A stretch of 52,040 nucleotides of DNA. Origin: an uncultured archaeon (GTDB lineage: Archaea; Aenigmatarchaeota; Aenigmatarchaeia; CG10238-14; SCSR01). How positions within the stretch are numbered: position 1 is the first letter of the stretch; each line of letters opens with the position of its first letter. Position numbers and translations under genes: made by a program. Positions 18,647-28,592 of this stretch are shown piece by piece. The notes beneath the pieces were generated by a model, which ran no database searches, was not told the origin of the DNA, and saw only the letters and a program-made list of their open reading frames with translations. The stretch lies in NCBI GenBank assembly GCA_964645905.1, contig CAZYBR010000002.1, positions 1 through 52,040 of the forward strand, read 5' to 3'.

Positions 18647-19702
18647 ATGGAATTCAGAACCGATGGAATAGAGCACGGACTCTTAAAAGAAATGTACGAG
18701 TCGATGGTAAAAATCAGGAAAGCCGAAGAGAAGATAGCTCAAGTCCTGCTTGCGGGAGAGGTAATAACACCTACTCATCTGTACATAGGCGAGGAAGCCG
18801 TGGCTGCAGGCTCATGCAAGGCGCTGACTGATGCAGATTATGTTTTTAGCAATTACAGAGGCCATGGTCACTATCTTGCAAAAGGAGGGGACTTGAACAA
18901 GATGATTGCAGAACTTTATGGAAAGTCTACCGGCACTTCCAAAGGAAAAGGAGGATCGATGCATCTTGTGGCTCCAAACGTGTCAATAGCAGCTGTCAAC
19001 ACAGCTATCGTAGGCAGCCAGATATCCCATGCGACAGGCGCCGCACTTGCAATAAAATTGAGAGGCGAAAATAAAGTCTCTATGGTATTCTTCGGAGATG
19101 CAGGAACAGACACGGGAATATTTTACGAGTCTACGAATTTTGCCGCATTGAAGAAACTGCCTATAATTTTCATATGCGAAAATAACTTTTATTCAAGCCA
19201 TGTTCATCTGAAGGACAGGCAGCCGATAAAGGATCTCTATCTCAAGACGCAGCACATAATGCCAAGTCTTCAAATAGACGGTAACAATGTCGTGGAAGTT
19301 TTCAAGGCGGTGCGTGATGCAGTGAAAAGAGCGAGAAACGGAGAAGGGCCTTCTTTCATAGAATGCATTACTTACAGGCATCTGGGTCATGTGGGACCGA
19401 ACTTGGATGTAGATGATGCAGAGATGATTTCAGAAGAGGAAAGAACAAAATGGGCCAAATTTAGCCCGATAAAGCTTGTAGAAAAAGCGACAAGAACAAG
19501 AGAAGAACTTGACAAATGGTTGGCTGTAGATCCGATAAAACATTTTGAAAACTATCTGATCGATAAAAAAATATTGACAATCGAGGAAAAAGACAATCTT
19601 AACAAAAGATTAATTGTGGAGATGGAAAATGCTGTCGAGTATGCAAGAAAGAGTGAATATCCGACAGACGACCAATTAACAAAGGATGTTTATGCAGGAT
19701 AG
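18647..19702 (+). CDS. ThDP-dependent 2-oxoacid dehydrogenase E1 component, alpha subunit
   Basis: YRGHGH motif and ThDP-binding FFGDAGTDTG...ENNFYS. 351 aa. Confidence 0.8.
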   Translation: MEFRTDGIEHGLLKEMYESMVKIRKAEEKIAQVLLAGEVITPTHLYIGEEAVAAGSCKALTDADYVFSNYRGHGHYLAKGGDLNKMIAELYGKSTGTSKGKGGSMHLVAPNVSIAAVNTAIVGSQISHATGAALAIKLRGENKVSMVFFGDAGTDTGIFYESTNFAALKKLPIIFICENNFYSSHVHLKDRQPIKDLYLKTQHIMPSLQIDGNNVVEVFKAVRDAVKRARNGEGPSFIECITYRHLGHVGPNLDVDDAEMISEEERTKWAKFSPIKLVEKATRTREELDKWLAVDPIKHFENYLIDKKILTIEEKDNLNKRLIVEMENAVEYARKSEYPTDDQLTKDVYAG

Positions 19703-20675
19703 AAAATTAAATTACGGCAGCGCGATTAACGAAGCGTTCAAGCAGTTGATGAAAGAAGACAAAGATGTATTTTTGCTCGGCGTAGGCATCAATAGCCCAT
19801 GGTACATTGGAAATACAACTACCGACTTGGTGAGCATGTTCGGAGAAGACAGGGTCATCGACACGCCTGTTTCTGAAAACGGAATCACAGGCATGGCATA
19901 TGGTGCCGCAGTAGTCGGAATGAAACCGATCATTGTCCATCCAAGGCACGATTTTCTAACTATCGCTCTTGACCAAGTCTTCAATCATGCCGCAATGGCA
20001 CATTACATGTCAGGAGGCGCCACAAAAGTCCCGCTGGTAATCCGTGCAATTGTAAATCGCGGGGCGGAACAATCATCCCAGCATTCCAAGAGTCTTCAAT
20101 CGATTTTTGCACACATACCTGGATTGAAAATTGTTATGCCGAGCACTGCATATGACGCGAAAGGCCTTATGATATCCGCAGTCAAGGACGGAAACCCGGT
20201 GATATACATTGATGACAGATGGCTCTATGGCGTAGAGGACAATGTGCCAGAAGAAATGTATAAAGTTCCTATAGGAAAAGCTGTGATAAGAAGAAATGGC
20301 AACGATGTCACTCTTGTGACCACATCTTATCTTTCACTCGAAGCTATGAAAGCATGCCATGAATTGGAAAGCGAAGGAATCGATGTCGAACATATTGATT
20401 TGAGGACAATAAAACCGCTTGACAGCGAAACTATTTTGAATTCTGTGAAAAAAACAGGCAGACTAGTTATTGCTGACGCCTCTTGGAAGATGTGCAGCGT
20501 TTCATCTGAAATATCTGCGATTGTAGCAGAAAATATCATTGATAAAATGAAAGCTCCTGTGGTCAGGATAGCATTACCAGAGGCTCCTGCACCAGCGAGC
20601 AGAACTCTTGAAAAGCTATATTACCCAAATCATAAAATGATAATAGAATCCGTCAGAAGCATGATGAAGAGATAA
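19686..20675 (+). CDS. ThDP-dependent 2-oxoacid dehydrogenase E1 component, beta subunit
   Basis: VIDTPVSENGITGMAYGAAVVGMKPIV pyrimidine-binding motif and a transketolase-C-like C-terminus. It overlaps the alpha gene by 17 nt; an alternative ATG is at 19692. Confidence 0.8.
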   Translation: MFMQDRKLNYGSAINEAFKQLMKEDKDVFLLGVGINSPWYIGNTTTDLVSMFGEDRVIDTPVSENGITGMAYGAAVVGMKPIIVHPRHDFLTIALDQVFNHAAMAHYMSGGATKVPLVIRAIVNRGAEQSSQHSKSLQSIFAHIPGLKIVMPSTAYDAKGLMISAVKDGNPVIYIDDRWLYGVEDNVPEEMYKVPIGKAVIRRNGNDVTLVTTSYLSLEAMKACHELESEGIDVEHIDLRTIKPLDSETILNSVKKTGRLVIADASWKMCSVSSEISAIVAENIIDKMKAPVVRIALPEAPAPASRTLEKLYYPNHKMIIESVRSMMKR

Positions 20676-20678
20676 AGT

Positions 20679-21788
20679 ATGGCATACAAAGTCGCAATGG
20701 TAAATTTCCGTAAGCAGTACCAAGACTTGAAAAGCGAGTTGGACGCTGCAGTGCATGAAGTCTTGGAGACCGGACAATTTGTTTTGAGACAGCAAATCGA
20801 AGACTACGAGAAGAGTTTCGCAGATTTTACAGGCGCTAAACATGCGGTCGGGCTCAACAGCGGAACAGATGCGATGTTATTGTCACTGCATGCTGCAGGA
20901 ATAGGGCACGGTGACGAAGTCATCACAGTTGCACACACGTATGTAGCCACAGTAGCATCAATTGTGCACCCAGGAGCTACACCAATTCTTGTAGACATTG
21001 CAGACGATTTTAACATGGATCCGCCTCTTTTAGAAAGTGCTATAACGGATAAGACGAAAGCCATAATGCCTGTCCACATGGAAGGGCGTGTGTGCAGGAT
21101 GGACGAGATAATGAAGATAGCTAATGAGCATAATTTAGTTGTTATAGAAGATGCAGCAAGAGCATTGGGCGCCAAGTTCGATGGCAAAGGTTCGGGAACT
21201 TTTGGATTGTCTGGTGCTTTCAGCCATTATCCTGCGAAGCTTTTAGGAACTGCAGGTGACGCTGGGATGCTTACTACAAACGACGAAGAATTTGCACAGA
21301 AGATAAGATTCCTTAGAAACCATTGCGACAACAAAGCTACGGGCGAGATTGTAGGTTATGGATTCAACAGCAGGCTGGATAATATTCATGCGGCAATACT
21401 GAATGTGAAATTGAAATATGTTCCAAAGTGGATTGAAAGACGAAAAGAAATTGCAGAAATATTTGACGGAGAATTGGAAGGACTGGGAGACATAGTAATT
21501 CCGCCAAAGCCAGATAGCAGATTTTCAGACGTGTATCAGAATTATGTCATAAGGACTAAGAGAAGGAATGAGCTTGCAAAATTCCTGAAGGAAAATGAAA
21601 TAGAAACATTGATTCAATGGGCCACCCCCATGCATAAGCAGAAGGCCTTGAACTTGAGCCACTTCAAGCTTCCAAAAACAGAACAGATATCAAACGAAGT
21701 TATTTCCATTCCAATGCATGCAGAATTGTCTGATGATGATGTTAATTACGTAATCCAGATGATTAAGAAATTCTTCAGCCAGAATTAA
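20679..21788 (+). CDS. DegT/DnrJ/EryC1/StrS-family PLP-dependent sugar aminotransferase
   Basis: 369 aa. It has the family-typical N-terminus (FEKSFADFTGAKHAVGLNSGTDA) and a PLP-lysine region (SFSHYPAKLLGTAGDAG). Confidence 0.85.
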   Translation: MAYKVAMVNFRKQYQDLKSELDAAVHEVLETGQFVLRQQIEDYEKSFADFTGAKHAVGLNSGTDAMLLSLHAAGIGHGDEVITVAHTYVATVASIVHPGATPILVDIADDFNMDPPLLESAITDKTKAIMPVHMEGRVCRMDEIMKIANEHNLVVIEDAARALGAKFDGKGSGTFGLSGAFSHYPAKLLGTAGDAGMLTTNDEEFAQKIRFLRNHCDNKATGEIVGYGFNSRLDNIHAAILNVKLKYVPKWIERRKEIAEIFDGELEGLGDIVIPPKPDSRFSDVYQNYVIRTKRRNELAKFLKENEIETLIQWATPMHKQKALNLSHFKLPKTEQISNEVISIPMHAELSDDDVNYVIQMIKKFFSQN

Positions 21789-22537
21789 TTTCCAAACTGC
21801 TTGTAGCTTTTGATACCAGATTTGTGCAAAATGTATTTCGCCAATGTTTCAAGTGTAGCCCAACCGTATTTGAATGCACGCTTGAATTTTATGCTTGAAG
21901 CTTCTTTGAAGTATCTTGTCGGTATCCCAATTTCACCAATCCGATTCTTGAATCCAAACACAACAGCCTGAGCTATTATTTCCTGGTCAAAAACAAAATC
22001 ATCCGAATTGTGGATATACGGCACGTTTTCCAGGAATTTTCTGCTGTACGCACGCAACCCGCTATGATATTCCGAAAGCCTTAGGCCTAGAATCAAATTC
22101 TCTACAAGCGTCAAGAATTTGTTTCCTGCAAATTTCCACACAGGCATGCCACCTTTCAGTGCGCCTTCTCCCATCATCCTTGAACCCAGCATGAAATCCT
22201 TTTTACCGTCTATTATCGGCTTGACTAATTCTGGGAGTTTAGAAGAATCATACTGATAATCAGGATGTACCATAACAACTACATCAGCACCATCCTTTAG
22301 AGCCTCCTTGTAACACGTCTTCTGGTTCCCGCCATATCCTGTATTTTTATGATGGACGATTGTCTTCAATCCTAATTTTCTAGAAATCTCTACAGTGTTA
22401 TCTCTGCTGGCGTCGTCAACAACGATTACCTTGCTGACAATATTTTTAGGCATCTCTTTGTAGGTCTTTTCTATCGTTTTTGCCGCATTGTATGCAGGCA
22501 TCACGACGATAATCTTAGGATTTTTCACAATAATCAT
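21785..22537 (-). CDS. GT2 glycosyltransferase (polyprenyl-phosphate sugar synthase-like)
   Basis: IIVVMPAYNAAKTIEKT...VVDDASRDNT, followed by VHPDYQYD. 250 aa. Confidence 0.75.
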   Translation of the reverse strand: MIIVKNPKIIVVMPAYNAAKTIEKTYKEMPKNIVSKVIVVDDASRDNTVEISRKLGLKTIVHHKNTGYGGNQKTCYKEALKDGADVVVMVHPDYQYDSSKLPELVKPIIDGKKDFMLGSRMMGEGALKGGMPVWKFAGNKFLTLVENLILGLRLSEYHSGLRAYSRKFLENVPYIHNSDDFVFDQEIIAQAVVFGFKNRIGEIGIPTRYFKEASSIKFKRAFKYGWATLETLAKYILHKSGIKSYKQFGN

Positions 22538-22551
22538 TTATCAGGAAATTA

Positions 22552-23850
22552 TTAAGTCTCTATCGGTTTCCGGCTTTCAACGAACTTTCTAACAGCGCTC
22601 CTTCCCGACATTATTGTCTCACCAGTCGATCTTTCTTTTGGATATGTCATGTACTGGCCAGCAAATTTCAAATTCACTATCTCATCGTTCGTTGGGATGT
22701 TGTCTAATAACCCCATTTTCTCAATCGCGCCTCCAACAGGAGTTTTGTTGACTTTATACCATTTGGTTTCGATTTTCTTGTTAAAAATCTTCTCCATGTA
22801 TCCCATATAATATTTGAAAAGCTCCTCGTCACTCATCTTCATCTGTGGGTCATCTTTGCTACAATATGTAGAGACATAATAGACTTTCCAAGGAAATTCG
22901 CCTTCACCATAAAGTGGGTTCTGTGCTATTATCGTACCGAATGGATATTCACCTATTGTGTTCACCCAATAATAGTCCGTAAGATTTTCATCAGTCCCAA
23001 TTACTAAGCAAATATTCGCCGCATAATCTATCGAATTCAATTTCTTTTCCAAGTCTTCTGGAAGACCCTCAGATATTTTCGTCATTACATATGGTGGGAG
23101 ACCGCATACAACCAGGTCATCTTTTGTCAGTTCAATTGTTTCGTTTGGCAGAATCACTTTCGTGACAATTCCATTTTCTATAACTATTTTTTCCGCCGAA
23201 GTGCTAGTCAATATTTTCCCTTTGATGTTCTTCTGCGCATAATCACTTATCATCTCCCACCCTCTTTTTCCTTTTGGATAGCCTAATGTATCCTGTCTTC
23301 CGATTTCGAGTTTGAATCTATCATATAACCATGCCGCAGACACTTGTGAGAATGGTATAGGGAATTTATGCTTCTCTATTAGATTCCCGAAAAATCTTGA
23401 TACGTTCTTGCTGACACTTTTATTCAACCATTCTTCAGCCGAAACTTTATCGAGCTTCTTTATGCTCTGGTTCCTTAAGAGGAGATTGATTCCCATAAGG
23501 CCAAATTTAAATTTGTCGTATAAAGTGAAGGGCTTGAAAAACAACAGCTTGATTTTGCTTAGTTCGTAGAATCTGTTGTATCTTTCCAGAAAAAACGAGA
23601 ATTTTACAGGCGTTTCCACAACCTGGTCATATAATCCAGCTTCTTTGAAAAAATCTCTGGTTATCTTGTCAGACAAGTGATGATAGAATTTAGGTATCCA
23701 CCATCCTTCAACTTCGAATGAAGACAACACACCCATCAGGTTTGGTTCCCTTTCTATCAGGGTGATGTCGTCTGTATGTTTCGATAGTTCTAATGCTGCA
23801 CCGAGCCCGCTTAATCCGCCGCCAAGCACTATACCTTTCATAAATATCAA
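22552..23850 (-). CDS. FAD/NAD(P)-binding oxidoreductase, possibly UDP-galactopyranose-mutase-like
   Basis: N-terminal dinucleotide fold GIVLGGGLSGLGAALEL...IERE. Loose resemblance to Glf in the EVEGWWIPKFYHHL and C-terminal FAGQYMTY regions. Only the general flavoprotein call is solid. Confidence 0.5.
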   Translation of the reverse strand: MIFMKGIVLGGGLSGLGAALELSKHTDDITLIEREPNLMGVLSSFEVEGWWIPKFYHHLSDKITRDFFKEAGLYDQVVETPVKFSFFLERYNRFYELSKIKLLFFKPFTLYDKFKFGLMGINLLLRNQSIKKLDKVSAEEWLNKSVSKNVSRFFGNLIEKHKFPIPFSQVSAAWLYDRFKLEIGRQDTLGYPKGKRGWEMISDYAQKNIKGKILTSTSAEKIVIENGIVTKVILPNETIELTKDDLVVCGLPPYVMTKISEGLPEDLEKKLNSIDYAANICLVIGTDENLTDYYWVNTIGEYPFGTIIAQNPLYGEGEFPWKVYYVSTYCSKDDPQMKMSDEELFKYYMGYMEKIFNKKIETKWYKVNKTPVGGAIEKMGLLDNIPTNDEIVNLKFAGQYMTYPKERSTGETIMSGRSAVRKFVESRKPIET

Positions 23851-23869
23851 ATGAATTATTCAATCGAAA

Positions 23870-26293
23870 CTATTTCAGGTTTTGGAACATGTCATTCAGG
23901 TTAGAATATGCAATATCTATCTTGTATCGGCCTCTATCTAAATATATCGATCTGAATAAATAATCAGCTCTTAGTATCTCTACTTCCGTTCTACCTGAGC
24001 AGGCTTCGTCATTACACTTCCACACATAAGCCTTCCAGTCAGGATACCATACCTCGCTCAATACAATGAGTCCCGGTTCTGACATGTTTGCAGATAGGGT
24101 TATCTCGTTAGGTGAATAATATCCAATTTCGGCTTCTGATATACCGTTCCAGTCATTTCCGCTGATAGTTACTTCAGGATTCTTCTCGAGAATAACAACA
24201 TTTCGTGGATCAAATCTCTCTTTCTGAATCTCATTCAATATTTCATTGCGGTTAGGGATAACCTTGAAATCATTTACTACGAAAACTCGTGGAAGGTGAT
24301 TATCGTTTTGGTATACATACACAGTTTGGTTGTAGTACAATGTTTTACGTATATCCAAGTTCACCACATCTTTTGAGAATAGCAAAGTAAACGGCTTGCT
24401 TCCGTCCAATTTTTCACTGGTCAAGACATATTTCACATTCAGTAAGTCAAGCATCTGCGGATATACAATTGTCCTAACAATAGGCTGTGATAGATCTCCT
24501 GTGAATGTCCTTCCGTCTATTGCTGTTATGTACTCTGCATACGACTTCAAATTCGGCGGGAGTATTCCATCAAGGGTCTCAATTCCATTCCTTGTGGCAA
24601 AGCGCGGTTCCATCGTCTTGTTTATGCCGAGAACTCTGAATTGATCGTTCTCGTATTCGCCGACAAGAAAATTTATAATTTCATTCTGCGGAAAGACTTT
24701 GTTTACAGGAGCCACATCAATATACTTCATGCCGAAAATCCAAAGATCAAACAGTACGATTAAAACCAATACCAACGTTATGTAATTCGGTTTGATTCTG
24801 AATTTGATTGCTGAAAGCAGAGCTATCGCGCTGGCAAGCAAAACGAAAAGTATCTTGTTTATATCCAAATTTATATAATTGTAAACTTTCGTGGCGATTG
24901 AATGCGCGTTGTCAGAATAATAATCCAATACATAGTTCCCGATTCTGTCAGATGACGAATCCAATTTACCTTTTATGATATTGTTCAAACTTGTTTCAGC
25001 AAATCCTATTGCAGTATCTCTGGTCAGATAGAATGCTATGCTAACTATGTATGTCAGTAATGCGAATATCAACAGAACTTTAACAATTCTATTTATATAT
25101 TTTCTGTTCCCAGATTTCAACAAGTCACTCAAATAATTGAGTCCGAATCCGGCTAGCAGTGATGCGGATAATGCGAATAGGAATAAAAACCTGGCAGGAT
25201 TTCTAACTATATCCAAGAACAGGATTATCTTATGCAGATACTTGAACAGCGGTGTGTACTGACCATAAGAAAACAGCAGTGCTGCGGCTGCGACGATTGC
25301 GAAGAAGATTACATACCTGTTCCTTCTGAATAAGAGAGCTAACGGTATTAACAACAATGGAAGGATGCCAAAATACGCTGACGATTCTTCAAATTGGTCA
25401 GATGCCCAGTAGGTGTTGTCAGTTCTACTTCCAAAGAAATCCGGCATCAACAAAGAGATTGTATACTCTGGCGTCACCGAGTAGGACGATGAATCCGAGG
25501 TCAGAAGCTCATAATCTATAGGCTGTCCTGCCTGTATGCTATACTTGGAAAATTCCAGAGACGGCAAAAATTGAAATGCAGATACCAGAAAACCTGTAAA
25601 GAACACTACTCCTATTAAGGAAAATCTTTTGAATAAATCTTTTCTTTTAAATTCCTTCGAAACAATCAAATCGTATACAAAATAGGCTCCTAGAAGATAT
25701 GCCGAATATATTGCGAACTGCAGGTAACCAGCCAATATCTGCAACCCAAGCACAATGCCTGTGAAGGTTCCATATTTGATGCTCCTGTTCTCGAGAGTTT
25801 TCAAGAATAATAGAAATAGCAGTGGCACCAATGCTATTACATCGATTGCAGGCTCATGCCCTATATTTATTCTACCGATGAAAACCCCGCCGAACATGAA
25901 AACTATAGAGGAAAAGAACGAGCTGTATTTGTCCAGCTTCAAATGCCGAGCAAGCAAGTAGATTGAAATTCCCGCAATGAATATGTCTATTATCAATTTG
26001 ATGCCAAATACAACATCTGTAGGGAAAACTAGAAACAGGAAATTAAGCGGATAGAACATTGCACTTAGTATATTTGCCAGAAATGGCGTACCAGAAGTCT
26101 CGTAATTGTTCCACATCGGCAGGTTTCCATATTTATGGACAGCATCAGAAAACAAGTATCTCCAGGAAGACAACATGTTCACTGTGTCCGGCGCAGGAAA
26201 TACCATTTCGTCAGGATTCAAGACTATTCTGTGGAAAAATACCAAAGTCAGGAGAAGCAACAATGTAGGTACGATAATATAATTCAATTTCAC
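23870..26293 (-). CDS. YfhO-family membrane glycosyltransferase (GT-C-like)
   Basis: 807 aa. The N-terminal region (YGNLPMWNNYETSGTPFLAN...) and the architecture of many TM helices plus a large C-terminal extracytoplasmic domain are typical of YfhO. Confidence 0.6.
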   Translation of the reverse strand: MKLNYIIVPTLLLLLTLVFFHRIVLNPDEMVFPAPDTVNMLSSWRYLFSDAVHKYGNLPMWNNYETSGTPFLANILSAMFYPLNFLFLVFPTDVVFGIKLIIDIFIAGISIYLLARHLKLDKYSSFFSSIVFMFGGVFIGRINIGHEPAIDVIALVPLLFLLFLKTLENRSIKYGTFTGIVLGLQILAGYLQFAIYSAYLLGAYFVYDLIVSKEFKRKDLFKRFSLIGVVFFTGFLVSAFQFLPSLEFSKYSIQAGQPIDYELLTSDSSSYSVTPEYTISLLMPDFFGSRTDNTYWASDQFEESSAYFGILPLLLIPLALLFRRNRYVIFFAIVAAAALLFSYGQYTPLFKYLHKIILFLDIVRNPARFLFLFALSASLLAGFGLNYLSDLLKSGNRKYINRIVKVLLIFALLTYIVSIAFYLTRDTAIGFAETSLNNIIKGKLDSSSDRIGNYVLDYYSDNAHSIATKVYNYINLDINKILFVLLASAIALLSAIKFRIKPNYITLVLVLIVLFDLWIFGMKYIDVAPVNKVFPQNEIINFLVGEYENDQFRVLGINKTMEPRFATRNGIETLDGILPPNLKSYAEYITAIDGRTFTGDLSQPIVRTIVYPQMLDLLNVKYVLTSEKLDGSKPFTLLFSKDVVNLDIRKTLYYNQTVYVYQNDNHLPRVFVVNDFKVIPNRNEILNEIQKERFDPRNVVILEKNPEVTISGNDWNGISEAEIGYYSPNEITLSANMSEPGLIVLSEVWYPDWKAYVWKCNDEACSGRTEVEILRADYLFRSIYLDRGRYKIDIAYSNLNDMFQNLK

Positions 26294-27816
26294 AATTCCA
26301 CTCCCCGAGGTTCCTTACCACTTCTGTCAAAATCAAATATGTGCGTCATATTGTCTCTAGGGATGCTATTGACTTCTGATCTTGAAATTTCGTAAATTGA
26401 ATAATTTGGATAATACATGGTATAGTTGATGACAGTCTGATTGTAGTCTACAGCCACAGTATGCGGTATATCCTCACCATTCGGATAATACAGGCTCATA
26501 GTCATTATCAATATCAAATCTTTGAATGGCATCGTATCGCTTACAAAATACAACTTTGAACCTTCAGGAAGTGTTGGGTATTTTGATTTCATAAAATCTA
26601 TCATTATGGATTCGTCGCTCACACCATTGTTGAATTTGGAGTGCTCTATCACAAACAAAGCAGCACTATTACCAGCCAATATCAGAAGTGTGATGGCTAC
26701 CGAGATAAATCTTGCTTTATTGTCGCCAAACCAATTACCGAATCTTTTGTAAAGGTCGTAAATGATGGCGCCCATGAGAATGGCCACTCCAATAGATGCG
26801 CCGTAAGTGTATCTGGACTGCACAGGTGTCATGAATAGCAAGAATGGCGATACGGCTATCAGATACCATGCTAAAAAGAATTTCGAGCTTCTGGAACCCT
26901 TGAGTATTATGTATAATGATACCAGAATAATTCCAACGTAAACAGCGATAATACCCTGTGATATCAGAGGATATACAGACTTTGGTATTCCGATTCGTGA
27001 TAGATAATTCACGTCAATCATTGGGAAGAGAGTAAGCATTGATGAAAAATAATCTAAAATGTTTTTGAAAACATGCGAACCTAATCCATAGATTCCAATG
27101 CTTACAACATGACCTTTTATTTGGATCCAATACTGGAATGCCAGATATGGCACAAGTGGAATAGCGAACAAAATTATTTTCTTGACATGACCGATTAAAC
27201 TTCCTAGATAGGATTTCTTAGAAAAGAAAACCAAATACATGAACAAAAGAGGGAACAACACTACAGAAGATTCGTAGGATAGAAGATTCAAAACGAATAC
27301 AAGCAGGGACACAAAAAGATATTTTTTCCGGTTTGTTTCATTCCATTTCACAAATGCAATGAAAGAGAATAATGTGAACAATGTTGAAAGGCTGTTGTCA
27401 ACCATTCCACCGCTCTGGAATAGTGTAGAATCAAAATGAGCTGCCATAGTCGCAAAAATTAGTGCCGATACCAATCCAATATGTCTGCTTTTAGTGAAAT
27501 TTCTGGCTATATAATAAACCAATACACTGCTAACAAAATGGAATAGCAAGATATTCACAGCATGATATCCGAATGGATTCAGTCCAAACAGATTAAACCA
27601 AGCCGAAAATAACATATGATTATATGGTCTGAAGAACCCGCCGAGATCCAAAGTCAACGCATGCATTAAATTACTGTTCGTGATCTTTGAAACGTACAGC
27701 CATGCAAAGTCGTCGGCTTTGAATTCGTTGAAAAACGCCAGAGAAAAGACTACCAAAATAGTAGAAAATATCAGCAAAATGAAGAATTTTTCATTATCAA
27801 ACCGGTTTAGTCTCAT
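26290..27816 (-). CDS. GT-C fold membrane glycosyltransferase (ArnT-like)
   Basis: 508 aa, polytopic, with an acidic first loop (FKADDFAW). It has 4-nt overlaps with both neighbouring genes. Confidence 0.5.
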   Translation of the reverse strand: MRLNRFDNEKFFILLIFSTILVVFSLAFFNEFKADDFAWLYVSKITNSNLMHALTLDLGGFFRPYNHMLFSAWFNLFGLNPFGYHAVNILLFHFVSSVLVYYIARNFTKSRHIGLVSALIFATMAAHFDSTLFQSGGMVDNSLSTLFTLFSFIAFVKWNETNRKKYLFVSLLVFVLNLLSYESSVVLFPLLFMYLVFFSKKSYLGSLIGHVKKIILFAIPLVPYLAFQYWIQIKGHVVSIGIYGLGSHVFKNILDYFSSMLTLFPMIDVNYLSRIGIPKSVYPLISQGIIAVYVGIILVSLYIILKGSRSSKFFLAWYLIAVSPFLLFMTPVQSRYTYGASIGVAILMGAIIYDLYKRFGNWFGDNKARFISVAITLLILAGNSAALFVIEHSKFNNGVSDESIMIDFMKSKYPTLPEGSKLYFVSDTMPFKDLILIMTMSLYYPNGEDIPHTVAVDYNQTVINYTMYYPNYSIYEISRSEVNSIPRDNMTHIFDFDRSGKEPRGVEL

Positions 27817-28532
27817 AGGCCAATACCTAAAAATATCTTCAATGAAGTTATCAAATGCCTTTGTATGCTCTTGAGTATTTTCATCTTTGACACACCGTAT
27901 TTTCTTCCCGTCCAGCTTATCGGAATAGTTCTGTAAGACAGACCTTTCTTAACTCCTTTCAGCGCAAGCTCTAATCCTATCTCAAAGCTGTCTGCTTTAG
28001 GTTTTATCACTTGGAGAGATTTCCGGCTGAACCCTTTGAAGGTGTTTGTGACATCGCTGCATTTTATTCCGAACAATATTCTCAAAAATAAATTGCCCAA
28101 TTTCGAGACCAGAACTTTATTTGAAGGATAGTTTATCACCCTTCCGCCTTTCATGTATCTGGAGCCGAAAGCCATGTCATACCCTTCCTCTTTTATTATC
28201 CTGTAATATTTCATTGCATCATCCAGGGAATCGCACATATCGCCGTTGAATGGGATTAGTACATCGCCTTTTGCTGTGTTAAAGCCTTTCCTGATAGCCT
28301 TCCCATATCCTGGAGGCTTGTCGCCCTGCACAGCTTTGAAATTCTTGTATTTTTTCTCCAAAGATTTCAGTATATCCCATGTCTCGTCGGTGCTGTCGTC
28401 GATGGCTATAATCTCGAAATCGATCTTCTTATCTGAAAAATAGGTGTAGATTGTCGATATTACCTCCTTTGCATACTCTTTTTCGTTCCTGAATGGCACT
28501 ATGAGCGATAAATCAGTCAAGCTATCATCCAT
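27813..28532 (-). CDS. GT2 glycosyltransferase (dolichyl-phosphate sugar synthase-like)
   Basis: LSLIVPFRNEKEY...AIDDSTDETWD and FNGDMCDS motifs. 239 aa. Confidence 0.75.
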   Translation of the reverse strand: MDDSLTDLSLIVPFRNEKEYAKEVISTIYTYFSDKKIDFEIIAIDDSTDETWDILKSLEKKYKNFKAVQGDKPPGYGKAIRKGFNTAKGDVLIPFNGDMCDSLDDAMKYYRIIKEEGYDMAFGSRYMKGGRVINYPSNKVLVSKLGNLFLRILFGIKCSDVTNTFKGFSRKSLQVIKPKADSFEIGLELALKGVKKGLSYRTIPISWTGRKYGVSKMKILKSIQRHLITSLKIFLGIGL

Positions 28533-28592
28533 TTAAATTCTTTATTTTTATAACAATATACAAGGTTAATAACTTTCAAAAAGGTAATTGGT

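Noticed and set aside
23870-26293. Whether any of the six large polytopic proteins is the oligosaccharyltransferase AglB/STT3
   Set aside because: None contains a WWDYG-type motif or the DK/MI motif region. The best matches are YfhO and ArnT/PMT/GT87-like, so AglB is presumably encoded elsewhere.
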